The position numbers were made by a program, and so were the translations under genes. Of a DNA stretch of 64,000 nt, positions 45,061 through 56,849 are shown piece by piece (positions within the stretch are counted from its first letter, which is position 1; each line of letters starts with the position of its first letter). A model generated the notes under the pieces. It searched no databases and had not been told where the DNA came from. It worked only from the letters and a program-made list of their open reading frames with translations. Source of the DNA: Monocercomonoides exilis PA203 (taxonomy: Eukaryota > Protista > Preaxostyla); contig LSRY02000036.1 of the NCBI GenBank assembly GCA_001643675.2, positions 806,001-870,000 on the forward strand. The letters run 5' to 3'.

Positions 45061-46571
45061 AAAGAATATTTCAAATGATGAATTAAACAAAGCAATTTCT
45101 TTCATTTTCAACAAAGTTAACAGAATTTCTGATTCTTCTGATGCTTCTGTTTTTTGATGAAATGAATGAGATTAAAAGATCACCTTCTCTTCATTTGGCT
45201 CATAGAAAGGCAGAGCAAAACACAGAAAATGATTCATTTGTATTCAATCAGCAATATCAGCAGTTGGAGAAGGAAAGGGAGAAGGTGAAGGAGAAGAAGA
45301 AGGTGAAGGAGAAGAAGAAGGTGAAAAATGAGAAGAAAGCGATGATGACGAGGTTGACAATACGCTCAGTGGGATTAAAAGAAGATACAGAGAAGAAGAA
45401 GGCTTTTCTATTGGAAAGTGATGTTGAATACAGAAATAAAAGGAACAATTGATGGGACATCGTTCATTCATTTGGCTATCCTATTGAATTCAACTGAACA
45501 TGAAATGCTCAATCAAACAAGACAAATTGAATAATTCGATTTTTTCTTTCATCTGAGCTGACGGTATTATCAGAACATGAATTATTGAATTTGGTTCCCC
45601 TTCATTCAGATTGAATGAGATTCAAAAAAAGAAAATGAATTCCTTCCATTGAAGTCTGTTCATTGTTTTCTCCCAAATAAGAAATGGAGATTTGTGTGTG
45701 GCATTTATGTTTCTCAAGGCAAAGTTGCTCTTGCTGTTTCCTTTTTTCACTCTCGTTTTGTCTGAAAAATGCCTTTTTCTGTTGAATTTGCAAAACAACT
45801 AGCAGTTAAAAAAAGGTCATTTTCTGCTTCTTCTTTTGTTGTGTCTTTGTCTGATCTTCAAAACGATAAAGCTTTGTTGTTGGAGTTGGTCTCTCAAATA
45901 ATGCCAATTTAGCTCATTACCCAATTCTCCTTGCCTCCGTGGGGCTTGGCGAATTTTGTTCCATTCTTTCTTCATATAAGTTTGTTATGTATTCGTATCA
46001 TTTTGAAACAATTGCTCTTTTCTTTTGTTTTGCTAATCCTTTTTGATTATTGAATTCTTTCATCTTCAACTGTTCAACGAGTCATTTTTGTAAGAAAATT
46101 AAAAAGAAGGTAAACTGAAAATAGATAACATTGTTAAGGTGTGCAAACATTTGTTCTCCTTGTTTCAGTCAGAATTGTTGAATCCAAATGAGAAAAATAT
46201 CTTTTCCTCAAGAATCGTTTTATTTGCTCGTTTCTATTTTCTCATAAAAAGAATTTCATTTGTTTCTTAGAAGTGATTACAATTCCAATCTCAGAGTGCA
46301 TTTGCTTCAAATTGAAAAAAGACAAAGGAAAATATCATCATAATGAATTTCTGTTGGTTCGATCAATCAGAAACAAAAGGTTTTCCATTCTATCCTCGTT
46401 CATACAAACTCTCTGTCTAGTTGAACTTTTCTCTCAAAAAACAATTATTTTATAGAACAAAGCGAGTTGTGTTGAAGTTAGATTTGCTTCTTGAAAGAAA
46501 ATAAATGATGTTTGAATTTTTCGTTTATTTTGTTGAGAAAAGAATAAATATGAACATGTTATTCACTGAAC

Positions 46572-48040
46572 ATGATAAACAGAAAAGATTTTCGAGCAAA
46601 TGATAAATCTGTCAATGAGCTCAAAAAGATAACATCAAACGAACTTTTTTCAGGTTTGTTCATGATTCTGTGATTTGAAGCCCAATTCTGTTTATTTTAT
46701 TATTATTTTCGAAGAATTTCTTCATGAGCTGGGACGTTGCGATGAGAATGTACAAAGGCAGAAAATTGAAGAAATAAATGAAATAATTGAAGAAATGAAT
46801 AAAGAAGAATTTACATTAGTTTTCACAAAGGAACTGTTCGATAAAATTCACCAAATGATTGAAAAAAAGACATTGTCATTGGAAAGCGCAATCTTGCTGT
46901 TAAAGCATGTTGGATATTACAAAGTATTGAAAAAAATATTCAAACTAAATTTCAGCGGAACTTCGCTGGACTGTAGATTTATGAGGATGATTTTAAATAA
47001 AGAGACGAAAAATGAAGGAAAAAACGAAAAGCTTCTGATAGATATCTGCGAATGCTATGTTTTGCTTTACAGAAAGAATTCTTCGGAATTGTTTTCAATT
47101 TGCGTACCCTATCTTCTGAAAGTTGCGATGAACAAGGAGGAAAGCGAAGAAGCACAAAAAGAAGTGGAAATGGCTTTGCTGGCTTTGAGTAATGTTGACA
47201 GATTTTGCGTTTGAGCATTTCTTTTTCGTTTTTGATGTTATTGTTTTCTTTTCTTTTCTTTTTTGTTGGAGATTGGATAAAGAACTGTATTATAAAGAGA
47301 TCAAAGAGATTATCCAATATCATCAGGAATATCAGAATCTGACACGACTTGCCTGTCAGTCTGCTTGGCAGTTTTTGATAAAACGATGGGAAAAAGACAA
47401 AAGTCTCGAAGTAGTGATTGTGAATGAGCTGCATTTTGCGAGAGAATCAGCAAGAGAAGTTAAAGAGCTAACAAGATGTGTGGATTGGAAGAGGAAGGAA
47501 GAAGAGAATGAAAAGAGAAGAAAAGAGACAAAAGAAGAGATTATTTTAATGAGATGGCTTGATACAGTTGATTATTTCTTTATCTTATGCACATTGTGGA
47601 ATGAAGGCTTTGTTGAGATTATTGGCAGCATTGCTCAGTTGGTTCGTGCATCAAAGGCTAATCGCAGAGGAATTCACAATCAGTTCATATGTGCTTTTGC
47701 AAACGCGGCGGGTTGCGACTCTGTGAATATTGGTGCTTTTTTGAAGGAAGGAGCTGCTGATCTCATTTTGGAGGAACTTCAGCAGCCAACATTGGAAGAT
47801 GAAGCTATGTGTGATTGCTTGAGATTCTTTATGAATATTTCAGAAAGACTAAAAGACGAGGAGAAAGATGAAATGGAAGAAGCAAAAAGAAAGGCAACAA
47901 AAAGGAAAGTGTTTGAAAAGATGGAAGAAGAAGGATACGAAGATACCATCACAACTTTCAATGAAACGGTTTATTTTATCAGAGAAAAATATCATTTTAG
48001 ATTATCAATAAATATTTCTGATTATTTTGCAAATGGATGA
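46572..48040 (+). CDS. Member of a lineage-expanded alpha-helical (ARM-like) hypothetical protein family; intron 46654-46714 and a second intron near 47190-47280
   Basis: ORFs 46675-47214 and 47192-48040 contain 'QKIEEINEIIEEM', 'EKLLIDICECY', 'KEVEMALLALSN', 'YHQEYQNLTRLACQSAWQFL', 'LHFARE' and 'FEKMEEEGYED', recognised from recall as a highly multicopy Monocercomonoides-type family. The second splice junction is unresolved. Confidence 0.7.
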
Positions 48041-48473
48041 ATTATGAATGGATTTTTATAATTTTAATAAACGCACTTTATTTGAATGATCTCGTGTTTA
48101 TTCGAAAAGATAGAGTTTATTCAAATAAAATAGATACAATTCAGATTAAGTCGAGAAATTTGAATTAATGGAGGTATTTTTTAATAGCCCTATGTTAATT
48201 TGTATTGAGGTCACTTTATTCACATCAAAGTGCAAAATTTTAAAGTCACCATCTTAATTCAAATTAGAAAATGACACAGAAATTTTGCATTTATGAAAAA
48301 TTCAATGATTAGTTCCAAACTTTTTCTCATATCGTATCATTATAAGTCTAATATTCCCATGAATAATAATGAAGAAAATAAAAAAAAAATAAGTAAAATT
48401 TTAGAAAATAATTGAGTGGAACAAAATTCATAAAGAAAAAAATTTCGACCCATTAATAAATAAAACAAGGCTG

Positions 48474-51400
48474 CTATTGAGGAGGAATATCCACAATTCC
48501 GTAAAACGATCCTTGATTTTTCTCGTTATCATCACTTTCACTTTCACATTCACTTTCATCAACTTCCTCTTGAATATTCTTCTTTATTTCTTCATTTGTT
48601 ATTTTATTCACCTCTTTTTGCGAATCATTCTCTATTAAGATTTGTGACTGAACTTCTTTAGGTATTATAGTTTTAGTTGATTGAAGATGATCTGAATCAG
48701 AACTTGTTCGGATAACCTCAGCTTCAGTTGAACAACCATCAGATTTTTCAATGCTCTTGTCAGACACGATTGATCGAGAAGGGGCCAATTCAATAAACTT
48801 TCCAATTGATTTTTCATCTTTTCCTTTTTGAGAATTCTCGCTTTCGGCTTTAATGTCTTTTTCATTCGTTTCTGCAGCTAATGACATCCTTTTCGAAGGA
48901 GTTGTCATTGAATGGTCTCTTTCATCAAGATGATCACTTTCTTCATCAGATATTTCATCATCGCTCTCTCTAACCTCTTCACTCTCTTCACTGCTTTCTT
49001 TTGATCTGTCAGCCATGTCATTCACACCACCATCAAAATCATCATCAGCCATGCTGTCATCACTTTCACTGTCTTCATCCATCTCATCCAGTTTTGAAGA
49101 TTTCCGTCTCAGATGCTCTGCTTCAGCTGCGTTGCTTTCAACCACTTCCAGATCTTCCTCAGCAAGTGTGCTGTCTCCATCCACAAGCACAAACTTCTGT
49201 GCAACATTTGTTGTCATTCCCAGAAGAAGCCCAAATCTGTCCTCTTTCCCCACAAACTCTTTCCTGCCTCTTTTATTTCCAGCAGCCTTCTTCCTTTCCA
49301 TCGCTGCTGAGTGCTTGTAAACCTTCAATTGCGTCCTTCCGCAGGCTGAGCAGACAGACAGGCTTCTGCTCATTCGGGTGGAAAGCGCACAAAGAGCATT
49401 CTCCACAGAAAAGCTAATGAGCTGTGTGGATGACAGCACCTCTGCAAAGAGGGGCTGAATTGCTGTGGTTGAAATCGCAGAAGAGGCAGAAGCTCTGCGA
49501 GAGACTGCAACAGAGAACGAAGGAGGAACAAAGAACGGAGAATTTGTGGTTGCAAAAAGGGAAGAAAAAGATGGATAAGATGCGTGAGATGTTTGAGCGA
49601 CTGAAAAAGGAGTTGGAACAATCGAATTGATCCGCTTCATCAGTGAAGATATCCAGCAGAGAAGAGAAATCGGGAAGAAAGACAGAATATACGAAGGAAG
49701 CATCGTAATGAACGAGGAAATGACGTGCAGAAAAGCAGCTACAATTTCAATGCTCGGAGTGGCAGACATAGAAGCTACAGTTGAAAATGACGGCAGAGAA
49801 AGAGAAGTGTCAAAGGAACTCTTTTCTTGATGAGAGTGTTGTGTTCCTGATTGTTTAGCAGTAATAGAAGATGCGGATGAAGACGATGGATTAGAAGGGG
49901 AAGACAGACAGGGATTGGGTATGCTTTTTATAGAGACGCTGCGGAATCCAGCTGCTCGTTCCAAAAGGCACAGAAGATTAATCAGAAGAACAACTGAAAG
50001 AGAAGGCTCGAGATTTGGAGCAGTTGCCACCAGTGCAGACGAAAACATAGACAGAACAGATGACACACGAGCAACATCTGCCTGCTGATACAGCAGAGCC
50101 ACAAACACACGATGACTTTGCTGCAATGGCTGCAGAGTGGAGACCGGCTGGCTGAGAGGCTTTGCTGGAGCATCTGACGCAGATGCAGATGAAATTGAGG
50201 TTGCAGCAGAACCCTCCGATGAAGTTGAAGAAGAAGCAGTTGAAACTGATGATGCTGTTTTGGCAGATGGTTCAGTCTTTTCGTTTCCTCGAGAGTTTTT
50301 CCCTTTTCTCCTCTGCTTCGATCCCATCGGAACCATTTCAACTGGCTCTTCCTTTGTCGGTGGAAGATTGTCCAACATCGGATTGGGTAGAGATTCCAAT
50401 CGTTGCTTTCTCTTTTGTGCGGCTGTCAGCTTCTTCTTCTTTCCTCCTTCTTCTTCAGCCAAAGAAGACGAATCACCTGAAGATGCAGACTGATTCTGAG
50501 AAAGAGACGCATTGTTCGAGTGCTGCGATGCTCCTTTTGACTTTCCACGTGTTGTTTCCTTTGAACTTTGGTCAGTTTGCACTCTGAACAGAACACGAGA
50601 CGGAGATACTTCTGAAAGAAACTGAGGGAACAGCGAGGAGAACAGAGGAAGCGACAGATCGCCAAAGAGAGAGGCCAACGAGCAGATTGCCGAATAAACA
50701 GCACACCGAAGACTGGAATGGCGGCGTGTGAGTGCGATGTCTAATGAAATGCGATGGTAGAGAGACGAAAGATGGCTGTTCTCATTGCCTATCGAAGACA
50801 TTGCTGCAACAGCTGATGAAGCTGAAGTCTTATCTCCTGCTGGCTTTGACTGGTTAAACTTTTGAGGTCCTTTTGCTTCTGCTCCGTTGCTGTTAGCTTT
50901 CTTATAATTTTGATATCGATTCTGATTGGCTCCTTTGGCAAGCTTGCTGTTTACAAAATTTTGCATTTCATTTTTTGCTTTTTCTGTCTTTGCTTTCTGT
51001 TTCTCAATTTCTTCGTTTTTGGCTTTCAATCCTTCGTCGTGGCATCGCTCCAGAACAACAAGAAGAGGATTATCTCCTTCTGCATCAGAGAACCGCTTTG
51101 ATGTGTGTGATGCAACAGCAGAAGAAAATGAAGAATAAGCATTTGAAAAGGACGAAGTATCTTTCTCTGCTTTTCCGATTAAGTCGCGCGATGAACCAGA
51201 AGAAGATCCAATGCCAATCTTTGAAACTTGATTATCTTTCTCTCTTCTGCCCCATCTGACGCCAGAGAAAGGTATCAGAAACGCTTTCCCCTCAGGAAAT
51301 GCCAGGCAACCCGAGCGGAATGCGGTGAAAGTTGCAATAAGCAGCTTTATGCCTGCCTCAACTACAGACGCTATCTGAAAAGAGAGAGGCAGTGCATCTG

Positions 51401-52910
51401 AAGCGAATGCGCAGAACACATTTGACAAAAAGCAGAAGTCCAAAGAAATAAGCGAATGTGACACCTGCAGAAACGAGTGGACAAGATGAGATGGACTCAT
51501 CTGAATGGAAGGAATGATTGATTGAGTGACTGATGAAGACACAGACGATGATGAAGAGGAAGGCGTAGAAGTTTTATCAGACGAAGAAGTCGAAGAAGAA
51601 GAAGATGATGACGATGATGAAGGCCAAGAGAGAACAGAAGCACCACTCGTCATCTGTTGCATCTGCCCAGATGAAACAAATGCAAACACATCCTTCAAAC
51701 GCGGCGAGGCGAGAAATGATGAATATGTTCCAGAGGTCAGAATACGAGAAACGACAGAGCAGCCAAAGCGGAGAAGAGAAGTGATGTGAAGAATGCGAAG
51801 TTGACTCGGAGGCAGAATTGTACGACGAATTAGTGTCGTGCCAGCTGATTCAGAAGTTGAAGACATATCTTTTTCATTTCCTTCCTCTTTCTTTCCTTCA
51901 TTCTTCTTTTTTGTATCGCGCTCTGCGTCAGATCCTGCAGTGGCATCAAGATATCTAATCCATTGATTGGCAAATGCATTTCCATTTATCGCTTCATCAT
52001 AGACCCTCACAACATTTAGTGCATGAGGTGAAGAAATAAGTTCAACTTTTCTTTGCTCTATCCATTGAAGAAGAAGAGGAACAAGTAAAGGAACGTTTCT
52101 CATGAAAGTATGAGATGCTAATATGCTTTCAAGGCAATATAGAAACTTTTCAGAAAGTGCTGAAAAAAGGTAATGAACAGGGTGAGATTCAGAAATAACA
52201 GTTGTTGGAATTTGAGTTTGATGAGTAAAAAATGCAGTCTCTGCCAAAGAAGAATGATTAAAAAAGTTGACAGTCATCTGAGTCAAATTTATTGGATCTA
52301 TCAGTATTAAAAAAGTTGGTGCAATTTCTTGAATATCGGTGTATGATAGAAGATGACCAAAAAAAACAATAATTGTGCTCAAAGGAATTAAAGCATCTTG
52401 ACACAACTGAATGGATGGCACTTCTGAATAAACTTTTAAAGCAGAAACCAAAGACATAGTTGTTTTCCTGACGAGATTCGAAATAAGTGTAATTTTCTTT
52501 GGTATATTAAATGTGCTCTCAATAAATGAAGACGATCTTAAAATAGCAAAGAGTTGAGATATAACTTTGCAAGATTTTTGAATCAAAATTTTTGATTCTT
52601 CGCTAATTGAAGGAGAAGAACGGATTAGTTCAGTTTCGCACTTTATAATGTCAATTGAAGCTTGAATTAATTCGAACACATGGGTATATTGTGAAAAGCT
52701 TGACGAATAATTGAAAATTTCTTGCACTATTACAAATCCATTGCATATTTCATGATATTTCTTTGCTTTCAGACATTTTAACGCAGTTGAATAAATGCGA
52801 GCAAAAGTATCAGGAGTTGAAAAGCATCCCTGCTTTATCAATGACAAAATAATATTTAAATTTGCTTCCAGCCGATTAGGATCGAATAATGCTTCAAAAT
52901 ACTGGTCCAT
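48474..52910 (-). CDS. Large helical-repeat protein with acidic tail; possible PELP1/Rix1 homolog
   Basis: 1478-aa ORF. 'SSLRCAVYSAICSLASLFG...LFPQFLSEVSP' followed by a basic KKKK linker and helical segments parallels the PELP1 'STVRTKVYAILELWVQVCG...LLTHLLSDISP' region; D/E-rich C-terminus. The CDS is secure; the identity is tentative. Confidence 0.55.
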   Translation of the reverse strand: MDQYFEALFDPNRLEANLNIILSLIKQGCFSTPDTFARIYSTALKCLKAKKYHEICNGFVIVQEIFNYSSSFSQYTHVFELIQASIDIIKCETELIRSSPSISEESKILIQKSCKVISQLFAILRSSSFIESTFNIPKKITLISNLVRKTTMSLVSALKVYSEVPSIQLCQDALIPLSTIIVFFGHLLSYTDIQEIAPTFLILIDPINLTQMTVNFFNHSSLAETAFFTHQTQIPTTVISESHPVHYLFSALSEKFLYCLESILASHTFMRNVPLLVPLLLQWIEQRKVELISSPHALNVVRVYDEAINGNAFANQWIRYLDATAGSDAERDTKKKNEGKKEEGNEKDMSSTSESAGTTLIRRTILPPSQLRILHITSLLRFGCSVVSRILTSGTYSSFLASPRLKDVFAFVSSGQMQQMTSGASVLSWPSSSSSSSSSSTSSSDKTSTPSSSSSSVSSSVTQSIIPSIQMSPSHLVHSFLQVSHSLISLDFCFLSNVFCAFASDALPLSFQIASVVEAGIKLLIATFTAFRSGCLAFPEGKAFLIPFSGVRWGRREKDNQVSKIGIGSSSGSSRDLIGKAEKDTSSFSNAYSSFSSAVASHTSKRFSDAEGDNPLLVVLERCHDEGLKAKNEEIEKQKAKTEKAKNEMQNFVNSKLAKGANQNRYQNYKKANSNGAEAKGPQKFNQSKPAGDKTSASSAVAAMSSIGNENSHLSSLYHRISLDIALTRRHSSLRCAVYSAICSLASLFGDLSLPLFSSLFPQFLSEVSPSRVLFRVQTDQSSKETTRGKSKGASQHSNNASLSQNQSASSGDSSSLAEEEGGKKKKLTAAQKRKQRLESLPNPMLDNLPPTKEEPVEMVPMGSKQRRKGKNSRGNEKTEPSAKTASSVSTASSSTSSEGSAATSISSASASDAPAKPLSQPVSTLQPLQQSHRVFVALLYQQADVARVSSVLSMFSSALVATAPNLEPSLSVVLLINLLCLLERAAGFRSVSIKSIPNPCLSSPSNPSSSSASSITAKQSGTQHSHQEKSSFDTSLSLPSFSTVASMSATPSIEIVAAFLHVISSFITMLPSYILSFFPISLLCWISSLMKRINSIVPTPFSVAQTSHASYPSFSSLFATTNSPFFVPPSFSVAVSRRASASSAISTTAIQPLFAEVLSSTQLISFSVENALCALSTRMSRSLSVCSACGRTQLKVYKHSAAMERKKAAGNKRGRKEFVGKEDRFGLLLGMTTNVAQKFVLVDGDSTLAEEDLEVVESNAAEAEHLRRKSSKLDEMDEDSESDDSMADDDFDGGVNDMADRSKESSEESEEVRESDDEISDEESDHLDERDHSMTTPSKRMSLAAETNEKDIKAESENSQKGKDEKSIGKFIELAPSRSIVSDKSIEKSDGCSTEAEVIRTSSDSDHLQSTKTIIPKEVQSQILIENDSQKEVNKITNEEIKKNIQEEVDESECESESDDNEKNQGSFYGIVDIPPQ

Positions 52911-52975
52911 GGGTCAAACAATTTTTGTGCTTCGATCACAATTATACAATATGGTAAGTGAGTTGATCATATAAA

Positions 52976-54381
52976 ATGGCTGAGAAAAAATGGACGGTCA
53001 AAGTATGCAAACGATATATCAAATGACTATTTAATGTTCTTTTTATAACAGGCGTTTATAGGAGTGGTTTTGATGATGGTGTTTGGAACGGGAACCATGG
53101 TTGCTTCAAAAATGATGCTTTCTGTTAAAAGCAAGGATTTAAGTGGAAACATAACGAAGTTTAGCAAGGCAATATATCAGTCTCTTATCATGTTCATTGC
53201 TATGTCCATTTGCTATCCGATCTACCTTATCAGTAACGCTGTTCAAAAATCTATGAAAAAAAGAAAGCGATCAAATTCTGGAACAATGGACTCAGAGTAT
53301 TTAACACCTGAAGAGAAAAAAGAAAAACGGAATCAAGCAATTAAGGTATTTCTTTTGTGATATTTATTTCGCTGTACATTTTTTATTGATGAAAAATTTT
53401 TTCTAAAATAATTTTTTTCCTCTTTGCAAGGGTCATTGCCTAATTGGTATTCCTGCGTTTTGCGATCTTTTTGCAACAACTCTTATGACTACAGGACTTA
53501 TGTTTATCGATGTCTCTGTTATGCAAATGCTCCGTGGAAGTATGGTCATATTTAGCGCTCTGCTCACAATCTTCTATCGAAAAAGAAAACTTCGAGGATT
53601 TGAATGGCTTGGCGTAGGCTTATGCTGCGCATCCATGGTATTTGTGGGATTATCATCAATTTTAGGATCTACTAACAAAGAAGGTGAAAAATGGGAATTG
53701 CAATTACTCGGATGCTTGTTGGTTGTTGGATCACAAGTTGTGCAGGCAATGCAAATTGTTATTGAAGAGGTGTTGCTTGCTGATGTGAAACTCGAACCTT
53801 TGGTGGTTGTTGGTATGGAAGGCGTGTGGGGAACAGTGTTGTGCGTGGCATGCTTTGTTCCACTTTTCTTCTTCCTTCCAGGCAAAGACAATGGACATTA
53901 CGAAGACACATATGATACATTTTACAAGCTTGTGAGAAGCGAAATGCTCATTTACACAACAATTGTGTATTTTGTTTCGATTCTCTTTTTGAATTATGGT
54001 GGAATGATTGTGACATCCGAGCTTACAGCAGTTCACAGAACTATTTTTGAAGCTCTTCGGACGTTGTTCATTTGGATCGTTTCGCTGATTATTTTCTATG
54101 GCGGATGGTCCGACTACGGAGAAAAGTGGACGAACTGGAGCTACATGCAGCTTGGCGGGTTCCTTTTGCTTGTGACTTCGATGCTTTTGTACAACAAAGT
54201 CATTAAGCTGACCTGCTGGTTCAAGTATCCAAGGAAAGAAGATGAAGTTTCTCCAGATCCTGAATCTTCCCCGTCATATCCGATTACCAGCCCAACAAAC
54301 TACTCGAAAGAGGAGAACCAGCCTTGGATGAATGCAGCTGACACCTCTCGCCCTCTTCTGGACAACCGCGAAAATTATTGA
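52976..54381 (+). CDS. Drug/metabolite-transporter superfamily, SLC35F6-like nucleotide-sugar-transporter-family protein (introns 53003-53051, 53346-53430)
   Basis: Motifs 'IPAFCDLFATTLM..GL..IDVSVMQMLRGSMVIFSALL', 'Q.VQAMQIVIEE', 'VVGMEGVWG' and 'LTAVHRTIFEALRTLFIW'; ~10 TM helices. Both introns are phase 0 and restore the frame. Confidence 0.85.
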
Positions 54382-55225
54382 GGAACAAATTTATGAACAT
54401 GAACTTCATACGCATTTTTGTACGAAGTTCGAATGAATGACTTCTTCTTTGTTATTTCTTAAAAAATTGCATTTTAATGCATTTGTTATCTCTTTCTTTT
54501 CCACTTGGCAATCTTTTTCTTGAACAATTTTTTTAATTTTTATATTTTTGAATCTGTCAAATCCTTATTTAGACGAATATCAGAAATCTTCCACATCTTC
54601 AACATTTTTTATCTTAGCATTTTTTTTAATTGTATTTTTTTTTTACTCCGTTTATATAACTTGTTGTTCACGTGCAACTGTATTATGCACAAGAGTGAGA
54701 CTGTTTCCTATCCTTTATACACTTTTTTTATCATCACACAACACTTTTCCTTTCTATTCCAAACAGAATTACGAGAGAATCACTTTCCTCTTCAGTATTA
54801 TTTTATCAGCTGCACACAATAAATGTGAATGTTAATGGTTGTCCATGTTCTTTAAAACAATCTTTATTTATAAGGATTTTTTCCATAAAAATTCTGTTGA
54901 AACAAAAAAATAAGTGCGGATTGTTGACGTTTTGGCGAATGTTTGAATTCAATAAAAATGTTGCGTTCAAAGATAACAAGCAATTTTAATAAAAGATTTA
55001 TATCATAATAAATTCAAAATTGATTAATTCTGAAAATAAAAAAACAAAAAATGAAAAAAAATTATAAAAAAACAGGAACATAAAGGAAAGGGTTATCAAA
55101 CATATAAGATTTACAGCATGTCTGAGCATAATGAAAAACCATTCAATAAAAACATGAAATTAAAAGGTAAAAAAAATAAATTTCTTGTTTTCAAAACAAA
55201 AAAAATATGTAAATCTCCCCAATTT

Positions 55226-56377
55226 CTAATTTGGCGCAAAATGTTCCACTTCATCATCTGATTCCTCGTCCATCTTTGAAGAGTCTGTATCAACAGATGA
55301 AAAAGCATCAGATGCAATTGCTTCTTCATTTTTATAATAACCTTGCGAATAAATGTCAAAAGGAAGTGAAGATCTTTCATTAGAATTCACCTCATGAGGT
55401 GAAATCAAATTGTAATCAAATGTTGATGATGATAAATCAAGTGCAGAATAATTGAGAAAATGATGGCTTTGTGCATTTGGTGGATGGTTCTGATCTTCTT
55501 GGAGCCTTAGAAACTGTCCAGCCGAATAAGGCTGCCTCATGCTGGAAGCGTTCTCCATGCCATCGCATTCTGCTGATGGTCGGGCCGTCTGCTTTTGAAA
55601 TAAAGCTGCCCGCAAAAGACAAATTGAAGGCAACAACTCCGATGTAAGCGCAGGCAAAGAAACTTCACCGGCTTCATTTCTCTCAACGTTCATAGATTTT
55701 TGGTTTGCAGATGCGTGCTCGATTTCTTTGAAAAAATTCGTTTCGTTTGCTTTCATATTACGTTGCTTCACAATTGCATACGGTGATTCACGTCTTCTAA
55801 ATGAAATAATTGTTTCCGCGATAGGAGAATTGCGATTATGCAGCAGTGATTTTAATTGGGACGAATTTACCATTCTATAAAGAGCAGATGGAGATAAATG
55901 ATTTGCCAGAATGGAATATATATCTGAAAGCTGCTTCAAATCAAATGATACATCAACATTCATATCTATGAATTGATCGAGAGACAATGCACCTTTTTTA
56001 GCTTGCGGAAACACTTCTTCATCAACTTTTGCTTGTGCAGTTTCGAATGTTTCATAATCTGAACAAGGAATTTTTTTGAGAAGTCTGAAAGAAATTATTC
56101 AAAGTTGGCATTAACAAAATGAAAGTGATTGAAAAAACAACCAAACAAACGGAGAATTTTTCTCAGAGCCTCCTCTTCTGATGTAAAAAATATCGGAATC
56201 GAGCTCTTCAAAATAATCATCAGTCTGATTCATATTTGATGTACCAATTGGACTAGAGTACATCTGAATTTTGGGCAGATTCACTTCAACATTATCAGTC
56301 ATATTTCTATTGTTATAGAAGCGTTTATTCGAAGATATATTCTTTTCTTCAACATCAAAATTAAAATCGGAATTCAT
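55226..56377 (-). CDS. Hypothetical protein (at least 2 exons)
   Basis: ORFs 56111-56377 and 55226-56014 are separated by a short AT-rich GT..AG gap; acidic C-terminus; no recognisable domain. Confidence 0.55.
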
Positions 56378-56849
56378 CTATAAAATCATTAACAAAATAG
56401 TTATTTATTTCACAAGCTTTGATCAAAAAGAAACAAAACTTCACACTATTCAAGTTAAAAATTGGTTTCCAGATAAAAAATAGTCATAAAAATTTAATGG
56501 GAAATCGATCTATTTTTCAAATATTCCTTTTTCTGAATCAATTAAGAATACAGAAAATAATATTTTTCATAAAGAATCGACAAAAAATGACAATATTTCT
56601 TCTTCATTTTCTGAGAGAAATTCTTCAATTTCTTTCTTTTATTTTTGCGGAGCATATAAACAAGTGTTGAATTCTGCATTTCATCAATAAAACATCAAGT
56701 ATGCAACAAAAAATGAAAGTATTAGTAAATGATTTTTCACCAGGAAAATCGCGGAACAGCCCAAGCTGATTAAAAGCTTTTCAATTAGCAATCCCTTCTC
56801 ATTTTATGTTCATTTTGCTTCTTTTGGAATGTTTGAAGCAAATAAATGA

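Noticed and set aside
54505-55000. Small ORFs between the transporter and the next gene
   Set aside because: AT-rich with non-ATG starts, and no consistent exon chain or motif was found.
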